Positions 36,484 through 46,290 are shown, counted from the first letter of the stretch. The stretch is 64,000 nucleotides of DNA from Pyrinomonadaceae bacterium (GCA_019186825.1 JABARP010000007.1:15813-79812), one strand, 5' to 3'. A program made the numbers and translations. The notes: generated by a model not told the origin, from the letters alone.

Positions 36484-36644
36484 CTGTGTTTAACGCGGGT
36501 TTTACGCTGTTGACCTGAGTTGCCATTAGCTTTTTTGAATTCGACCGGGATCTTGTTTACAACCCGGCAAAAGGGATAAGGCGTCAAAACAGCCGTCAAC
36601 TCCCCTTAGCAATTTTAAGGATACGGAACTGGAGGAGTAATTCG

Positions 36645-37625
36645 ATGTTAAAGAAGATTTTTGCAACAAGCCTTTTGATGGCGTTTGCAGGTGTCGGGCT
36701 CGTTTTCGCTCAGGAAGCGCAGACACGCAACCTCGCGAGCGGGCAGAAGTATGAGATCAAAGGCGTGATCGTTCAGATGGAAGACGAAAATTCGTTCGTC
36801 GTCCGCGACAGCGTTGGTGTTAACACCCGCGTCGTTGTCTCGCCGAATACGAGCATTAAGAATAATAGTTTTTGGGGTGGGGATCGATTCCCGGCGTCAG
36901 CACTTGTACGCGGTCTGAATCTCAAGGTCGAAGGAATTGGCGATAGCTCGGGGGCGTTGTCAGCGAGCAAGATCCGCTTTGACAAGAGCAATCTATTGAC
37001 GGCTCAGTCGATCGATGCACGCGTTTCGCCCGCAGAGGACCGCATCACCGCGACCGAACAGAACGCAAAGCGTCTTTCGGGACAGATCGATGAGCTGATG
37101 GCCATCTCGAACGCCGCCAAGGGCGGTGCGAAGGCCGCACAGGAAACCGCTGATGCTGCGGTCGCAGGCGTAAACGCTACGAACAAGCGCATCTCGGACC
37201 TCGACGACTATGTTGTTCAGTCCACGGCGACGGTTAATTTCAGGGTCAACAGCGCGAGCCTCTCATCCGAGGCGAAAGCTGCTCTCGATCAAGTTGCCAA
37301 CGCTGCACGCAGCCTGAAGGGCTATACGATCGAGGTTACAGGCTTTGCATCGTCGGACGGCAGCACGGCAAAGAACAAGGTTTTGAGCCAGCGTCGTGCA
37401 CAGGCGGTTATTGACTATTTGGTCGAGAACGGCAACGTTCCGCTCCGACGCATCGGAACTTCATATGGTTTTGGCGAGCTGCAGGCAATTGCCGATAACT
37501 CGACTCGCGAGGGCCGTGAACAGAACCGACGTGTCGAGGTTAAGCTTCTTGTTAGCCGCGGCATCAATACGAACGTTGAGGTCAAGACGACACCGGTCGA
37601 TTCGCCGAGCCCTGACAACGAATAA
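36645..37625 (+). CDS. OmpA-family protein (signal peptide, coiled-coil middle, C-terminal OmpA domain)
   Basis: GGAGGAG Shine-Dalgarno-like element upstream. The signal peptide is MLKKIFATSLLMAFAGVGLVFAQ. The OmpA-like C-terminus contains TGFASSDGSTAKNKVLSQRRAQAVIDYL and NRRVEV. Confidence 0.85.
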   Translation: MLKKIFATSLLMAFAGVGLVFAQEAQTRNLASGQKYEIKGVIVQMEDENSFVVRDSVGVNTRVVVSPNTSIKNNSFWGGDRFPASALVRGLNLKVEGIGDSSGALSASKIRFDKSNLLTAQSIDARVSPAEDRITATEQNAKRLSGQIDELMAISNAAKGGAKAAQETADAAVAGVNATNKRISDLDDYVVQSTATVNFRVNSASLSSEAKAALDQVANAARSLKGYTIEVTGFASSDGSTAKNKVLSQRRAQAVIDYLVENGNVPLRRIGTSYGFGELQAIADNSTREGREQNRRVEVKLLVSRGINTNVEVKTTPVDSPSPDNE

Positions 37626-37643
37626 ATTCGTTTTACCAGCAAC

Positions 37644-37698
37644 GGCGTTGATGCTAAGGGCCGAGATCAAGATTCTCACTCGGCCTTAGCTCAACGCC
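37644..37698 (+). terminator. Long hairpin after the OmpA-family gene (terminator-like, weak U-tract)
   Basis: GGCGTTGATGCTAAGGGCCGAG (37644-37665) pairs with CTCGGCCTTAGCTCAACGCC (37679-37698) with two bulges. The loop is ATCAAGATTCTCA. It is followed by ATTCTCTT. Confidence 0.5.
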
Positions 37699-37734
37699 AT
37701 TCTCTTCCCTCCGGATAATTGCCCTTCAGAAGAA

Positions 37735-38862
37735 ATGAGACCCAACTGTCGCCACGCCCTTCTTGCCTTCTGTTTACTGCTTCTTGCGTCTGCAGTCGGA
37801 GCTTTTGCCCAGACCACTCAGCCGGAGCCTGCCGCGACACCGCCACCGGCCGATGATGGCGAGGTGATCAAGGTCGAATCACGCCTGATCGTGATCCCGG
37901 CGGCCGTTACTGACGCGGCAGGAGAGCCGGTAAAGGGCCTGGACAAAACAAGCTTCAGGGTTCTCGAGGACGGCAAGTTACAGACGGTCGAGGCCGTCAG
38001 TTCGGCGGATCAGGTGCCGCTCGAGATAGCATTACTTTTTGACGTTTCGGCGACGACCAGCCCGATGTACAAGTTCCAGCAGGAGACGGCCGCGAAATTC
38101 CTCGAACAGGTGATGCGGCCGGAAGACCGTGCGGCAGTATTCTCGATAGGCGACTCTCCGTTGATGGTCCATGGGCGCGATTCAGCGGCTGCCTCCGCGG
38201 CAGCGGTCAAGTCCATTCAGCCTACGAAGCAGTACACGGCGTTTTACGACACGGTCGCGGCTGCGGTCGATTATCTAAAACGCAATGCTCCTGAAACGTC
38301 CCGACGTGTTGTCGTCGTGATCTCAGACGGCGAGGATACAAACAGCGACCGGATCGCAAAGTCTATCCAAGATCTTTACCGCACAATTGGAAGTAAGATC
38401 GACCGGATCGACTCGAAAACGCTTCGCAAAATGACGGCCGACGCACGTGATAGCGCAGCGAAAAGAGAGCGTGCGCGAGTCTTAAAGATCCTACAGGACG
38501 CAGACACGGTCTTCTATTCGATAAATCCTGCGGGCAGCTCGTACCAGCTGAACACGATCAGCGTTTTCGGCCAGCAGAATATGGAGACGTTTGCGAGCGA
38601 CACGGGCGGCACAGCCTTTCTGCCCAAATTTCAGCCGATCGACACGAAAGACGAACTCGCCAACGGCTTGAATATGAAGCGAAACGCACAGGTACTTGAC
38701 CGCATCTTTACACAGCTCGGGAACGAGCTAAGGTCGCAGTACTTGGTGCAGTTCTATTCGGATGGCGACTTTCCAAAGGGAAGTTTCGTCAAGCTGAACG
38801 TTTCTCTGACACAACCTGCCGGCCGAACGATGCGTGCAAGACAAGGCTACTTTGTGAAATAA
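37735..38862 (+). CDS. VWA domain-containing protein (acidobacterial VWFA-related type)
   Basis: A signal peptide is followed by the N-terminal module VIKVESRLIVIPAAVTDAAGEPVKGLDKTSFRVLEDGKLQTV and a VWA-like MIDAS region (ALLFDVSATTS). This resembles the VWFA-related acidobacterial family as I recall it. Confidence 0.7.
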   Translation: MRPNCRHALLAFCLLLLASAVGAFAQTTQPEPAATPPPADDGEVIKVESRLIVIPAAVTDAAGEPVKGLDKTSFRVLEDGKLQTVEAVSSADQVPLEIALLFDVSATTSPMYKFQQETAAKFLEQVMRPEDRAAVFSIGDSPLMVHGRDSAAASAAAVKSIQPTKQYTAFYDTVAAAVDYLKRNAPETSRRVVVVISDGEDTNSDRIAKSIQDLYRTIGSKIDRIDSKTLRKMTADARDSAAKRERARVLKILQDADTVFYSINPAGSSYQLNTISVFGQQNMETFASDTGGTAFLPKFQPIDTKDELANGLNMKRNAQVLDRIFTQLGNELRSQYLVQFYSDGDFPKGSFVKLNVSLTQPAGRTMRARQGYFVK

Positions 38863-38873
38863 GCACCGCAGAC

Positions 38874-39425
38874 TCAATTCGCACGCTTCTTAGGCACCGC
38901 GACCTTGCCCATTAGCGGCCTTCTCGAACCATTTTTTACGGGCGTTACAGGAGCGATCTCGCCCATCAATGGTTCATCGGTCGCCGGGCTGATACCGCCC
39001 ATGATAACGGGCGTTGCCTTCGGCGTTGGAGTCGGTGTCGGGTAAGCGCGAAGAACTCCGACGACTGCCTCCGTTCGCCGTGTGAACATGCCGACCGCGA
39101 AGAGGCCGGTGATCAGTGCCGCAACGAGCGATGCCATCGCAACCGCCATTCGACGCGTCCTCTGCTTGATCTTTTCCCAGCCGACAGGACAATCCTGCGT
39201 TATAACTGTCCCATCCGGACGGGCGAAATATCGCACGCAGACACGGCCTTCCGCAGCGGTGACGAAGTTCTCGGCTTCTTCACGAGACATTGCGGAAAGG
39301 TTGTAAACATTGAGTTTACAGTCGCCGCAAAATCTCTTTCGCTCATCACCGAACATCTGATCCCAGTCGGCGGAACATGGACTTGCGATTCGAATATTGT
39401 TTAGAGGGCTGGAAAATCGAGGCAT
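38874..39425 (-). CDS. Hypothetical single-pass membrane protein with an N-terminal Cys-rich domain
   Basis: The ATG at 39425 follows a GGAG element. The Cys pattern is ASPCSADWDQM...RFCGDCKLNVYNLSAMSREEA...CVRY...QDCP. One TM helix (VAMASLVAALITGLFAVGMF) is followed by a Pro/Thr-rich tail. Confidence 0.55.
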   Translation of the reverse strand: MPRFSSPLNNIRIASPCSADWDQMFGDERKRFCGDCKLNVYNLSAMSREEAENFVTAAEGRVCVRYFARPDGTVITQDCPVGWEKIKQRTRRMAVAMASLVAALITGLFAVGMFTRRTEAVVGVLRAYPTPTPTPKATPVIMGGISPATDEPLMGEIAPVTPVKNGSRRPLMGKVAVPKKRAN

Positions 39426-39513
39426 AAAAAAGGCTCCGTAAGTATCAGGATTCAGCAATTTCGCTGATGTCTGAAGAACGGAGCTTCCGGTCCTGGCTTG
39501 CAGGAAAATTTCG

Positions 39514-40197
39514 CTATTTGATCTCGAATCTCGCGATTATTGTCACCGTTTCCTTTTCCGGTGCAAATGAGAGCGGTTGTATGACGGAAGCATTGACGGC
39601 GTTTGCGTAGGCGTATCCGTCGAAGACGTATCTCGATTCACCGGGCACAACCTCCTTTACGAAGATCGCGCTGCCGACGTGTCCGCCGATCGCCGACATA
39701 ATGTACTCCGCCTTAGCCCTGGCCGCCTTTATTGCCTCAATACGAAGTTCGCGACGAATATCCTCAATGTGGGAATTTGTCGCGATCACAAGGTCGAGGC
39801 GGCTGACGTTTATGCGGTCGGCGAGGTCCTGAAGCGGTGCCACCTTCGTAAGGTCACGGATCACGAGACGATAGTCTTGCGTAGCCTGCACATCGGACGC
39901 TCGGCGGCGACGGACATACCTTGCGGAAATATCATAGATCGAGAGGTCTTTTGCCACATCGACGCCGATCTTTTCGAGTTCGGTGCGAAGACTCGCTTCC
40001 TGTTGCTCGATCGTGACCTTCGAGCGTCCCATCGTACGCTCAGCAAGCGTGATCCGGAACGTCAATTCATCGGGCACGACCATCCGTTCGGCAGTCCCAA
40101 CAACTTCAATACCCCGAATGGCATCCGCGATCTCCTGACCGAAGAGTGTGACGGTCAGAATACTGAGTATTGCGAGGGTTCCAAGTATCGTCTTCAT
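39514..40197 (-). CDS. SIMPL/DUF541-domain periplasmic protein
   Basis: The ATG at 40197 follows an AAGGAG element. A signal peptide is present (MKTILGTLAILSILTVTLFGQ). Length and pattern are SIMPL-like (VVGTAERMVVPDE...). Confidence 0.6.
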   Translation of the reverse strand: MKTILGTLAILSILTVTLFGQEIADAIRGIEVVGTAERMVVPDELTFRITLAERTMGRSKVTIEQQEASLRTELEKIGVDVAKDLSIYDISARYVRRRRASDVQATQDYRLVIRDLTKVAPLQDLADRINVSRLDLVIATNSHIEDIRRELRIEAIKAARAKAEYIMSAIGGHVGSAIFVKEVVPGESRYVFDGYAYANAVNASVIQPLSFAPEKETVTIIARFEIK

Positions 40198-40245
40198 ATG
40201 CGTCTCCTTTTGTCGGCCAGATGATAGCTGAATATGTGACAAAGT

Positions 40246-41910
40246 CTAAGCCTGCCGCCGGTATTTATGCGTGATCGGCCTGCGGCGGCCGATGCCGATG
40301 GCGTTCTTTGAGACGATGATCGTCGGCGGCAGCTGTTGGCGCTTGAACTCGTTCGCCGGATGCTCGACCTTATTCAAGATCCAATAGACCCGTTCGCGGT
40401 CGTGGCCCGCCGCTACGATCTCGTCCGGTGAAGCCTTTTGTTCAAAGTACATTTCAAGTATCGGATCCATCACCGGATACGGCGGCAGACTGTCCTCATC
40501 CTTTTGGTTCGGAGCGAGCTCGGCAGAAGGCGGTTTGTCGATTATGCGGTTCGGGATGACCTCACGGCCTGCACGCTCGTTCAATTCGCGTGAGATGGCC
40601 CAAACCTCTGTTTTCAACACATCGCCAAGAACGGCAAGGCCGCCGTTCGTGTCGCCATAAAGCGTGCAATAGCCGACCGCCAGCTCACTCTTGTTCCCTG
40701 TCGATAGCAGCAGACGCCCTTCGGCATTCGAGATCGCCATCAGGATCAGGCCGCGAAGCCGCGACTGCATATTTTCGGCCGCGAGGCTCTCGCCACCCTT
40801 CGTCGGCTTGTGCAGGTTGAGCTGCTTGAGGAGAATTTCGAAGGCATCCGAGATCGGCTCGAGCCGAGATTCGCATCCGAGGTTTTTCACAAGCTCCTCG
40901 CTGTCGGCAATACTTCCTGTCGAAGAAAAAGGTGATGGCATCATTACGCAGAGGACGTTCTCCGGGCCAAGGGCCTCGGTTGCCAAAGCTGCCACAAGAG
41001 CCGAATCGATGCCGCCCGAGAGACCGAGCAAGGCGCGTTTGAAACCGTTCTTTTGAGCGTAGTCGCGGATGCCGAGGACGAGAGCATTGTGAATGGATGC
41101 GATCTCGCCACCGGTAATGCCGCGTGCGTCGGGCTTGCGAACGTCCAACTCGACCGTCTCGACGAATTCCTCAAACGCAGGAGCCTGGAGGATGATATCG
41201 CCCTCTTCATCGGCGATCAGGCTTGCTCCGTCGAAGACGATCCCGTCGTTGCCGCCTATTAGGTTGACGAAAACGATCGGTAGCTTCTGCAGTTTCGCTC
41301 TATGCGCGACCATGTCACACCGCAGTCGGATCTTGCCCTTGTTGTAAGGTGAGGCGTTGATCGATACAAGTACATCAGCACCGAGTTTGATGACCTCGTC
41401 CGTTGGGTCCGTCTCGTAGAGGCGATCTTTCCAAAAGGTCTTGTCGTTCCAGAAGTCTTCGCAGACGACAACGCCGATCTTCTTCCCCGCGACATCAAAG
41501 AGGCGATATGAGCCCGGCGGCGAAGGCTCGAACCAGCGCGGATCGTCGAAAACGTCGTATTCGGGCAGCAGCGATTTGTCCGCGAATCCGACAAGCTTTC
41601 CGTCCGTGATCACGGCGGCAGAGTTGTAGAGCCTGCGGCCATCGTTGTCTTCGTTCCGTCGAACGGTACCGACGATCGCCGTGATCCCCGCGGTCGCGGG
41701 AACTATCGCCGTGAGTGCGTCATCAACGTGAGAGATAATGTCGCGATCCTGGAACCAATCCTGTGAGGTGTAGCCGTGCGTTACAAGCTCCGGAAAAACG
41801 ACAAGGTCCGAACCCTGCCGCCGCGCCTTTGCGATCGCATCGACGATCTTTGCCGTGTTACCTGCGATATCGCCGTTCGTAGTGTTGATCTGTGCGATCG
41901 TTACCTTCAT
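40246..41910 (-). CDS. nadE: Glutamine-dependent NAD+ synthetase
   Basis: The N-terminal CN-hydrolase domain contains VVFPELVTHGY and VVCEDFW. The C-terminal synthetase domain has the PP-loop GLSGGIDSA. 554 aa. Confidence 0.92.
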   Translation of the reverse strand: MKVTIAQINTTNGDIAGNTAKIVDAIAKARRQGSDLVVFPELVTHGYTSQDWFQDRDIISHVDDALTAIVPATAGITAIVGTVRRNEDNDGRRLYNSAAVITDGKLVGFADKSLLPEYDVFDDPRWFEPSPPGSYRLFDVAGKKIGVVVCEDFWNDKTFWKDRLYETDPTDEVIKLGADVLVSINASPYNKGKIRLRCDMVAHRAKLQKLPIVFVNLIGGNDGIVFDGASLIADEEGDIILQAPAFEEFVETVELDVRKPDARGITGGEIASIHNALVLGIRDYAQKNGFKRALLGLSGGIDSALVAALATEALGPENVLCVMMPSPFSSTGSIADSEELVKNLGCESRLEPISDAFEILLKQLNLHKPTKGGESLAAENMQSRLRGLILMAISNAEGRLLLSTGNKSELAVGYCTLYGDTNGGLAVLGDVLKTEVWAISRELNERAGREVIPNRIIDKPPSAELAPNQKDEDSLPPYPVMDPILEMYFEQKASPDEIVAAGHDRERVYWILNKVEHPANEFKRQQLPPTIIVSKNAIGIGRRRPITHKYRRQA

Positions 41911-42374
41911 TTGAACGATTCTAATCTAATCACAAGGCAATATGGTATCATCCGCAGATGACCCTCACTTTCAGATTCTCTCTCCTTCGATCCTGATTTG
42001 GCGTCCTCAAACTCTCTATATGACTCTTGAAATGGCTCACCAAACGGGTTGGGATTGACACGCACGAGCGGTTTGGCTCAGAATACAGGGGAATTCTGCC
42101 AAGCCAAGACTTGCAACACGGCAAGTCGTATCATCACCGTATTTTAACGAAGGAGAGGACCATGCTAAGGAAAATTGGGCAGACGGTTTTTTGTTGATGA
42201 CTGTATTTGCGGGCTTGGTCTTTGGAACAGCACAGCCGCCAAATGTTTTTGACGGTTATACGGGACGCTCCACTTACTGGTGGGCAAATGGCACTGTTAT
42301 ATGCCAGTGACCCAGTTATTTTGATTAAGAAGAATAGTAGAAGACGTCGGATTGCCTTTAGCTTTTTTAAAACC

Positions 42375-43147
42375 ATGGCAACTTTTGAAGAAAGGCTGAA
42401 TTCACTTGATTTAACCTTATTTGAGAACATTCAAAGTCAGACAACCGAGGATGATCGACGGTCACTCTTGGCTATACAATGTGCAGTTCGCGAAAGATCT
42501 CCGGGATACAACTATTTGGAAATCGGCTCGCATTTGGGTGGAAGCCTTCAGTCTCATTTGCTTGATGACAAATGTTCTACGATCTATTCAATCGACAAGC
42601 GGCCCTTGGTACAACCTGACGAACGAGGCGTGCGCTACGGTTATCCGGAGAATTCGACAGCGCGGATGCTGGAGCTTTTGTCGGAATTGGCTCCGACCGA
42701 AAAGATAATCACTATAGACGGAGACACAAAGACGTTAGATCCTAACGTTATAGATGAGAAGATACAGTTGTGCTTTATCGACGGTGAGCATACAGATGTT
42801 GCCACTTCCTTAGATTTCGAGTTTTGCCTGGATGTACTTGATGGCGCGGGGGGGGGATCGTTTTTCACGACTCCTATGTGATTTACAACGCTATCGTAGA
42901 ATGTATTGAGGCCGTGCAAGAAAGGGGCTTGAGCTTTCGGGCTTACTGCCTTCCGAGTGTTGTCTTTGTTATTGAGATCGGCGAGTTCACATTGCACACC
43001 AATTCTCACCTGCAAGAGTTGCTTTTGCAGAATCATAAAAGCTATTTGGTTTCGATGCAGATGAATGACGAGTATAGGAGATTCACGACATCCTTCCCTT
43101 TTAGATATTTTTGGAAGTTGGGCGTAAGGTTTGGTTTCAAGTTTTAG
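42375..43147 (+). pseudogene. Class I SAM-dependent methyltransferase (Methyltransf_24-like) split by a frameshift in a G9 tract
   Basis: ORF 42207..42881 (likely ATG at 42375, MATFEERL...) carries YLEIGSHLGGS and FIDGEHT, then ends 8 codons after the G-run. The next frame continues without a stop as IVFHDSYVIYNAIVECIE... (ORF 42878..43147). Ten or seven Gs would restore a single ORF. The region is visibly AT-richer than its flanks. Confidence 0.75.
42848..42856 (+). repeat. Homopolymeric G9 tract at the frameshift point
   Basis: Counted directly: g at each of positions 42848-42856, flanked by c (42847) and a (42857). Confidence 0.95.
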
Positions 43148-43204
43148 GAGACTGTATCTGCCCGCAATCTTTTTGAACGGGTTTGCCCGCCTCGACCCCT
43201 TAGC

Positions 43205-44005
43205 CTAACTTGACGGCGAGGCATCCGTTCGCTTGACCATCGTGAGTCGATTGCCGCGTTCGTTGTAAGCGACCTCGTCCATAATGTTGTAGATGAAAAG
43301 GACGCCTCGTCCACTGGTTTTGAAAAGATTTTCGGGGTCGAGCGGGTCAGGGATCGAATTCACATCAAAGCCATCGCCTTCATCCTCGATCGTGAATTTG
43401 GCCTCAAGCGGTGACACCTCCGCTACGATGCGGACATTCTTTGTTGTGTCGTACTTGTTGCCGTGCTTTACGGCGTTCACAAAGGCCTCGTCGAGGGCGA
43501 CAAAAAGATTCGATTTCTCGGGTTTTACGACGCCAAGCATCTCGACTCTCTTCATCAGGTATTCAAGCACGATATGCATCAGCGATATCACGCTTGGAAG
43601 TTCGAATTCAATGTGTTCAATGAGGTGCTGAACCTCGGCATCTTTATCAACGAAGCGGATCTTATAGTCTAGAACTGTTGCAACGATCTGGCGGAGTTCC
43701 TCTTCGACGAATTCTTCCTGCCGATACATCGCTGCACACAGTTTGAAGGCCTTTAGCTTGTCATTCTCATCGACGTGCGAGATGTGGGGCAGGCAAGTAT
43801 CTATACCCTCGCATGGAGCAAGGTCAGCGGCCGCCTCAACATCAAGGTCTGAAATCACGACATCAAAACTATCAAGGTTGCCGAGGCCAATGGCGTCGGC
43901 CCGGCTTTGAAGAACTCGGACCTCATGCCCAACGTGCGAGAAGACTTCGCCGAGTGCGCTTGCAAGATCGTCGTGATCGTCGATTATCAGTATGCGCCGC
44001 TGCAT
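43205..44005 (-). CDS. Receiver-like domain fused to an RsbW/SpoIIAB-type HATPase (anti-sigma-factor-like serine kinase) domain
   Basis: The N-terminus is RRILIIDDHDDL...FDVVISDLDV, which is REC-like, though the distal REC motifs are unclear. The C-terminus is FVALDEAFVNAVKHGN...IEDEGDGFD...SGRGVLFIYNIMDEV. Confidence 0.7.
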   Translation of the reverse strand: MQRRILIIDDHDDLASALGEVFSHVGHEVRVLQSRADAIGLGNLDSFDVVISDLDVEAAADLAPCEGIDTCLPHISHVDENDKLKAFKLCAAMYRQEEFVEEELRQIVATVLDYKIRFVDKDAEVQHLIEHIEFELPSVISLMHIVLEYLMKRVEMLGVVKPEKSNLFVALDEAFVNAVKHGNKYDTTKNVRIVAEVSPLEAKFTIEDEGDGFDVNSIPDPLDPENLFKTSGRGVLFIYNIMDEVAYNERGNRLTMVKRTDASPSS

Positions 44006-44059
44006 AAAAGATCAAGAGTCAAAGGGCGGAAATCCCTCAGAGACCTACGCAAATAAGCT

Positions 44060-45034
44060 TTACGTCGCCTCAAGGGCCCTTGTTGCAGATTTTAGCGTAA
44101 CGCGTTGCGGTGACAAAGTGTTTGCAGCAAGCATAACGAAACTTATCCAGACCAGGTCGGCGAGAAGGAGGTGCCCGATCTGCATCAGCATCGGCATATG
44201 TGTCAATAAAGTTGCCGCTCCGAAGAAGAATTGTATGATAGCGAGCCAGGAAAGTGCTTTTGCCCAGCGAACAATGTCCGGGTCATCGGGAATATTCCTT
44301 TTAAGCCAATCGGCCGCAAATATGAGGAAAATGATCGTGCCGATAGAGATCAGCGGGTGAAGCGGCCGCAGAAGCACCAGGACGTTCGAGTCCGAGGAGA
44401 AATCCTGCTCTAGGCCACCAAGCAGGCTCTTGCTCGGAAAGAGCATATTTGCCAAGGCGGCGATCGAACCACTTGTGCCAACGACGAGGATCCCTACGAG
44501 ACAGAAGACAAGGATCAAAATTGGCTTTCTCCCGATATTGAAGGCGAGCGGAGCACCGCCGGCTGCACGTCTGGCAGCGAGGGCTAGGAGTCCAAGCAGA
44601 ATGAATGTATTGATCAGATGGCCTGCCATCCAGAAAGGGCGAGCAGCGGTCAGATTTTCCGCGGTATTGCCCGTAAGAACGAGGCCTGCCCCGACCAACG
44701 CTTCCGTTATGACGAAGAACAATGCTCCCGCACTGAAGAGGAAGGTCGAACGCGACTGTTCATGTCGATGGCGTCTCCAAAGGAGCAACGCCCACACAAA
44801 AAGTGCGAAGACCACGACGCCGTCAACCGCGCTCATTATTCGGTGCGAAAATTCAATTACCGCCTTTAGTTCCGGAGCCGTCGGCAGCACCTCTCCGTTG
44901 CAAGTTAGCCAATGCTGGCCGCAGCCATCGCCAGATTTCGAAGCACGCAAAAATACGCCCCACAAGATAACGAGAATGTTATAGCCGAGCGTAAACCACG
45001 CGTAACGAACAAATGCCTTAGGTGAGCGGTCCAT
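44060..45034 (-). CDS. ctaA: Heme A synthase (COX15/CtaA family)
   Basis: Multi-pass membrane protein with SGDGCGQHWLTCNG and conserved His-containing helices (EFSHR, GHLLLAD). Confidence 0.8.
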   Translation of the reverse strand: MDRSPKAFVRYAWFTLGYNILVILWGVFLRASKSGDGCGQHWLTCNGEVLPTAPELKAVIEFSHRIMSAVDGVVVFALFVWALLLWRRHRHEQSRSTFLFSAGALFFVITEALVGAGLVLTGNTAENLTAARPFWMAGHLINTFILLGLLALAARRAAGGAPLAFNIGRKPILILVFCLVGILVVGTSGSIAALANMLFPSKSLLGGLEQDFSSDSNVLVLLRPLHPLISIGTIIFLIFAADWLKRNIPDDPDIVRWAKALSWLAIIQFFFGAATLLTHMPMLMQIGHLLLADLVWISFVMLAANTLSPQRVTLKSATRALEAT

Positions 45035-45112
45035 CTTCCTTGCTTCAAAGTTATCACGACACCTCGCCCGATAGGAAAGTTAGGGTAGAATCAAGTTTGC
45101 ATATCAGTCGAA

Positions 45113-45874
45113 ATGCTGAAGGAACGGATCGATATTTTGCTCACGGAACGCGGGCTAGCGGATTCCCGGACGAAGGCACAAGCCCTCGTTATGGCCGGCG
45201 TCGTTCTTGTGAATGAACGCCGCGTTGAGAAACCTTCTGAAAAGGTTGCGACCGATTCACCGATTCGCCTAAAGGAAGGGGCTGTCGCCCGCTACGTGGG
45301 CCGCGGCGGCCTTAAGCTTGAAGCCGCCCTTGAACATTTTGAAATAGACCCGAAGGGGCTGACTTGTCTTGATATCGGCTCTTCGACCGGCGGGTTCACA
45401 GATTGCCTGCTGCAGCATGGTGCGGAAAAGGTAGTTGCCGTTGATAGCGGGACAAACCAGCTGGACTGGCGTCTACGCAGCGATGAACGCGTAGTATCGC
45501 TTGAGAACACAAATGCTCGGAACCTCGCCCTTGTCGATGTCGGCGGAAACGCGTTCGACCTGATCGTTATGGACGTCTCGTTCATTTCGGCGACGAAAAT
45601 ACTCCCGATCTTCCCGAGGCTGTTGACAATAGGCGGAAGGGCTGTGGTTCTCATAAAACCGCAGTTCGAGGTCGGAAGAGGCGAGGTAGGGAAAGGCGGG
45701 ATCGTTCGCGAAACGGAGAAGCATGAGCGCGTTGTTAAAGAGGTGAACGCGTTCGCAGAAGGCCTTGGATTGCGGGCCGTTGGCATAATGCCGTCGCCGA
45801 TCCTCGGTGCGGAAGGCAACAAGGAGTTTCTTGCCTGTTATAAGGTCGAAGGCCCGGAAAGATCAGGCGTTTAG
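45113..45874 (+). CDS. tlyA: TlyA-family rRNA (cytidine-2'-O)-methyltransferase
   Basis: The N-terminus is S4-like (RIDILLTERGLADSRTKAQALVMAGVVLVN). The FtsJ-like SAM motif is LDIGSSTGGFTDCLLQHGA. The stop overlaps the convergent arsR-family stop by 4 nt. Confidence 0.88.
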   Translation: MLKERIDILLTERGLADSRTKAQALVMAGVVLVNERRVEKPSEKVATDSPIRLKEGAVARYVGRGGLKLEAALEHFEIDPKGLTCLDIGSSTGGFTDCLLQHGAEKVVAVDSGTNQLDWRLRSDERVVSLENTNARNLALVDVGGNAFDLIVMDVSFISATKILPIFPRLLTIGGRAVVLIKPQFEVGRGEVGKGGIVRETEKHERVVKEVNAFAEGLGLRAVGIMPSPILGAEGNKEFLACYKVEGPERSGV

Positions 45875-46251
45875 AGTAAAAAGACCGGCAAATCGTCATC
45901 TTCAACATATGCGGATATCCGTATATGTTGGTTTGGATGGATCTCCTCGGTGGGCAGGGTGTGCGGCATGCTGTCGCCCCTGAAGATTACGGAAAGGATG
46001 GCTCCTAGCCCTTCGAAACGCTCATTTATTCGATAGTAGATGTGTTTTCCTTCCCGCCGGGTAGCCACTACGTCGTGATCACGAAGGAATGCGAGGTGCC
46101 TGGAAACTTTGGGCTGGCTCTCGCCAAGATGTTCGGCCAGGTAGCCGACAGGTCGTTCGTCGTTCGCCAACAGGCGAATAAGTCTTAGCCGTGTTGGATC
46201 GGATAGACTTAGAAAGAGTGAGCAAAGTGCGTCGATATTGTCGGTTCCCAT
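45871..46251 (-). CDS. ArsR/SmtB-family transcriptional regulator
   Basis: A GGAGG element lies upstream of the ATG. The winged HTH is LSDPTRLRLIRLLANDERPVGYLAEHLGESQPKVSRHLAFLRDHDVV. Confidence 0.85.
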   Translation of the reverse strand: MGTDNIDALCSLFLSLSDPTRLRLIRLLANDERPVGYLAEHLGESQPKVSRHLAFLRDHDVVATRREGKHIYYRINERFEGLGAILSVIFRGDSMPHTLPTEEIHPNQHIRISAYVEDDDLPVFLL

Positions 46252-46290
46252 TCTTTTTGGACCTCCACCTCAACGCACATATTACGCTAC

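Noticed and set aside
42162-42197. An 11-codon mini-ORF (MLRKIGQTVFC) preceded by AAGGAGAGG in the AT-rich islet.
   Set aside because: It is too short to evaluate, and I could identify no downstream attenuator structure. A good Shine-Dalgarno match alone is insufficient.
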